Origin: Candidatus Limnocylindria bacterium
GTDB taxonomy: Bacteria > Chloroflexota > Limnocylindria > QHBO01
Assembly (NCBI GenBank): GCA_050691915.1
Contig: JBOGSY010000001.1
Location: forward strand, 1 to 34,504
Direction: 5' to 3'
Length of the DNA: 34,504 bases
A model generated the notes under the pieces. The model made no database searches, was not told the DNA's origin, and worked only from the letters and a program-made list of their open reading frames with translations. Of the stretch, positions 33,279-34,504 are shown piece after piece (position 1 is the stretch's first letter; every line of letters begins with the position of its first letter). Position numbers and translations under genes: made by a program.

Positions 33279-34504
33279 CCCAGGATCCCCCGCAGGGCCG
33301 AGCGAGCGGCATGGTACCCGCACAGCCCGTGGACGCCGCCACCGGGTGGCGTGGAGGCCGAGCAGATGAAGATGGCCGGGTCGGGCGTGGCGTAGGGGTC
33401 GAGCCGCACGGCGGGGCGGGTCCACAGCTGGCGCAGGTCCTGGAGGCCGCCGTTGATGTCGCCGCCGACGTAGTTGGCGTTGTACGACTCGATCGCCGCC
33501 GGGCCCATGGTCGAGCGGCCGATCACCCGCCGGCCGAGGCCGGGTGCGAAGCGCTCCAGCTGGGCCAGGACCGGCTCCGTCATGTCCGCCCGCGATCCAT
33601 TGGGGACGTGGCAGTAGGCCCAGACCACGTGGTGACCGGCAGGTGTCCGCGAGCCGTCGAACAGCGACGGCTGGGCGACCAGGGTGAAGGGCCGGTCGGC
33701 GTGGCGCCCGCGGGCGACGGCCCGCTCCGACGCCACCACCTCCTCGAACGTGCCTCCCAGGTGGACCGTGCCGGCCCCCGCCAGCTCGGGGTTGGCCCAC
33801 GGGATCGGCCCGTCGAGCGCCAGGTCGATCTTGAAGGCCCCCGGGCCGTAGCGGTAGCGCCGCAGCTGACGTTCATACGAGCCACCCAGCCGGTCGCCGG
33901 CCACCGCCAGAACCTGGCGCGGGGTCAGGTCCAGCAGGACGGCCCGATGCGGGGGCAGCTGCCGGAGGTCGGTGACCCGCCGCCCGGTCTGGATCTCGCC
34001 GCCCAGCGAGCGCAGGTATCCGGCCAGGGCGTCGGCGATGCGCTGCGAGCCTCCGCGCGGGATCGGCCAGCCCACCGCGTGCGCGCTGGCCAGCAGCGAC
34101 AGGGCGAAGGCCCCGGTGATCAGCCGGTCAAGGCGCAGGAACGAGTGGGCCGCCACGCCGGCCAGCAGGGCTCGGGCCTGTGGCGTGCGAAAGCGGCGGG
34201 CGTGCCAGGTGACCGGCTGGATCGCCCCCAGCCCGAAGCGGCCGAGCGCGACGGGATGGCGCAGCACGCCGCCCAGCCGCAGCGGGCCCAGCATCTCCCT
34301 TGCGATCAGCTCCCAGTCGCCGGCGATGGGCCCCAGCAGGGCCCGGTAGCGGTCGCCGTCCTTGCCCAGGCCGGCCGCCGTGGCCGCCAGGTCACGCCGA
34401 ACCAGCGCCGCCGTCCCGTCGTCCAGCGGGTGGGCGACGGCGATCGGCGGATCGATCCACTCCAGGCCATGCTCTGCCAGCGGCCAGGCGCCGAACGCCG
34501 GCGA
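33275..34504 (-). CDS. Phytoene-desaturase-family (CrtI-like, COG1233) NAD(P)/FAD-dependent oxidoreductase. It is partial because the N-terminus lies beyond the right window edge.
   Basis: The frame stays open upstream of track start 34294 to the window end (SPAFGAWPLAEHGLEWIDPPIAVAHPLDDGTAALV...). C-terminal ICSASTPPGGGVHGLCGYHAA is the typical CrtI-family C-terminal FAD-binding motif. Confidence 0.8.
   Translation of the reverse strand, partial: SPAFGAWPLAEHGLEWIDPPIAVAHPLDDGTAALVRRDLAATAAGLGKDGDRYRALLGPIAGDWELIAREMLGPLRLGGVLRHPVALGRFGLGAIQPVTWHARRFRTPQARALLAGVAAHSFLRLDRLITGAFALSLLASAHAVGWPIPRGGSQRIADALAGYLRSLGGEIQTGRRVTDLRQLPPHRAVLLDLTPRQVLAVAGDRLGGSYERQLRRYRYGPGAFKIDLALDGPIPWANPELAGAGTVHLGGTFEEVVASERAVARGRHADRPFTLVAQPSLFDGSRTPAGHHVVWAYCHVPNGSRADMTEPVLAQLERFAPGLGRRVIGRSTMGPAAIESYNANYVGGDINGGLQDLRQLWTRPAVRLDPYATPDPAIFICSASTPPGGGVHGLCGYHAARSALRGILG

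Noticed and set aside
31969-33342. 457-aa minus-strand ORF, and the 330-aa ORF 32808-33800
   Set aside because: Their 5' extensions are off-frame reads through the neighbouring lipoprotein and oxidoreductase genes. Only the 3' parts, starting at 32643 and 33278 respectively, have protein-like sequence, a Rossmann motif or lipobox, and coupled starts.

Overview
High-GC (about 70%) bacterial chromosomal segment. Gene content, GTG/TTG starts and 4-nt ATGA/GTGA/TTGA overlaps look Actinobacteria-like, possibly Chloroflexi-like. I can support about 35 protein-coding genes or gene remnants. No complete rRNA or tRNA gene, CRISPR array, transposase or integrase was seen. Most long ORFs in the six-frame track are antisense or off-frame shadows typical of high-GC DNA.

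Gene blocks, left to right:
1. 1-8257: carbohydrate locus. On the minus strand, a glycogen-debranching-type glucosidase plus a GT4 glycosyltransferase that runs off the left edge and is absent from the ORF track. Divergent from these, LacI regulator, sugar-binding lipoprotein and two ABC permeases, with no ATPase gene.
2. 8283-9720: small membrane protein followed by about 780-900 bp without convincing coding signal.
3. 9721-12826: LuxR-type regulator, divergent from three small genes. These are a SnoaL/NTF2-like gene broken by an in-frame TAA, a secreted protein and a cupin.
4. 12830-15350: rearranged patch. It holds a tRNA 3'-half-like fragment and two secreted-protein genes that each sit behind the same duplicated sequence block. 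It also holds a stand-alone sigma-70 region-4-like mini-ORF with a truncated second copy, and a LuxR HTH remnant.
5. 15351-19410: large LAL/MalT-type ATPase-TPR-LuxR regulator, a RelE/RHH toxin-antitoxin pair, and a frameshifted hypothetical gene.
6. 19551-25891: signalling and stress block. It contains a PAS-PAS hybrid histidine kinase, a cold-shock protein, a membrane class III nucleotide cyclase, a hemerythrin, a small unknown protein translationally coupled to a Sir2/CobB deacylase, and an internally duplicated DUF4389-like membrane protein.
7. 26043-27532: GNAT acetyltransferase plus DmpA/S58 peptidase.
8. 27540-34504: pantothenate genes (panB; DUF2520 reductase-like; panC) interrupted by a tadE-tadE-tadG pseudopilin-like trio, then a lipoprotein and a CrtI-like oxidoreductase that runs off the right edge.

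The most unusual items are these:
- The duplicated leader/sigma-4 module in front of two secreted proteins next to the LAL regulator.
- The orphan Tad-like trio wedged between panC and panB.
- The long ORF-poor stretch at 8.9-9.7 kb.
- The hemerythrin / unknown protein / sirtuin coupling.

I cannot name a clear-cut known defence or mobile system here. All family assignments come from reading motifs by eye and need HMM or BLAST confirmation.
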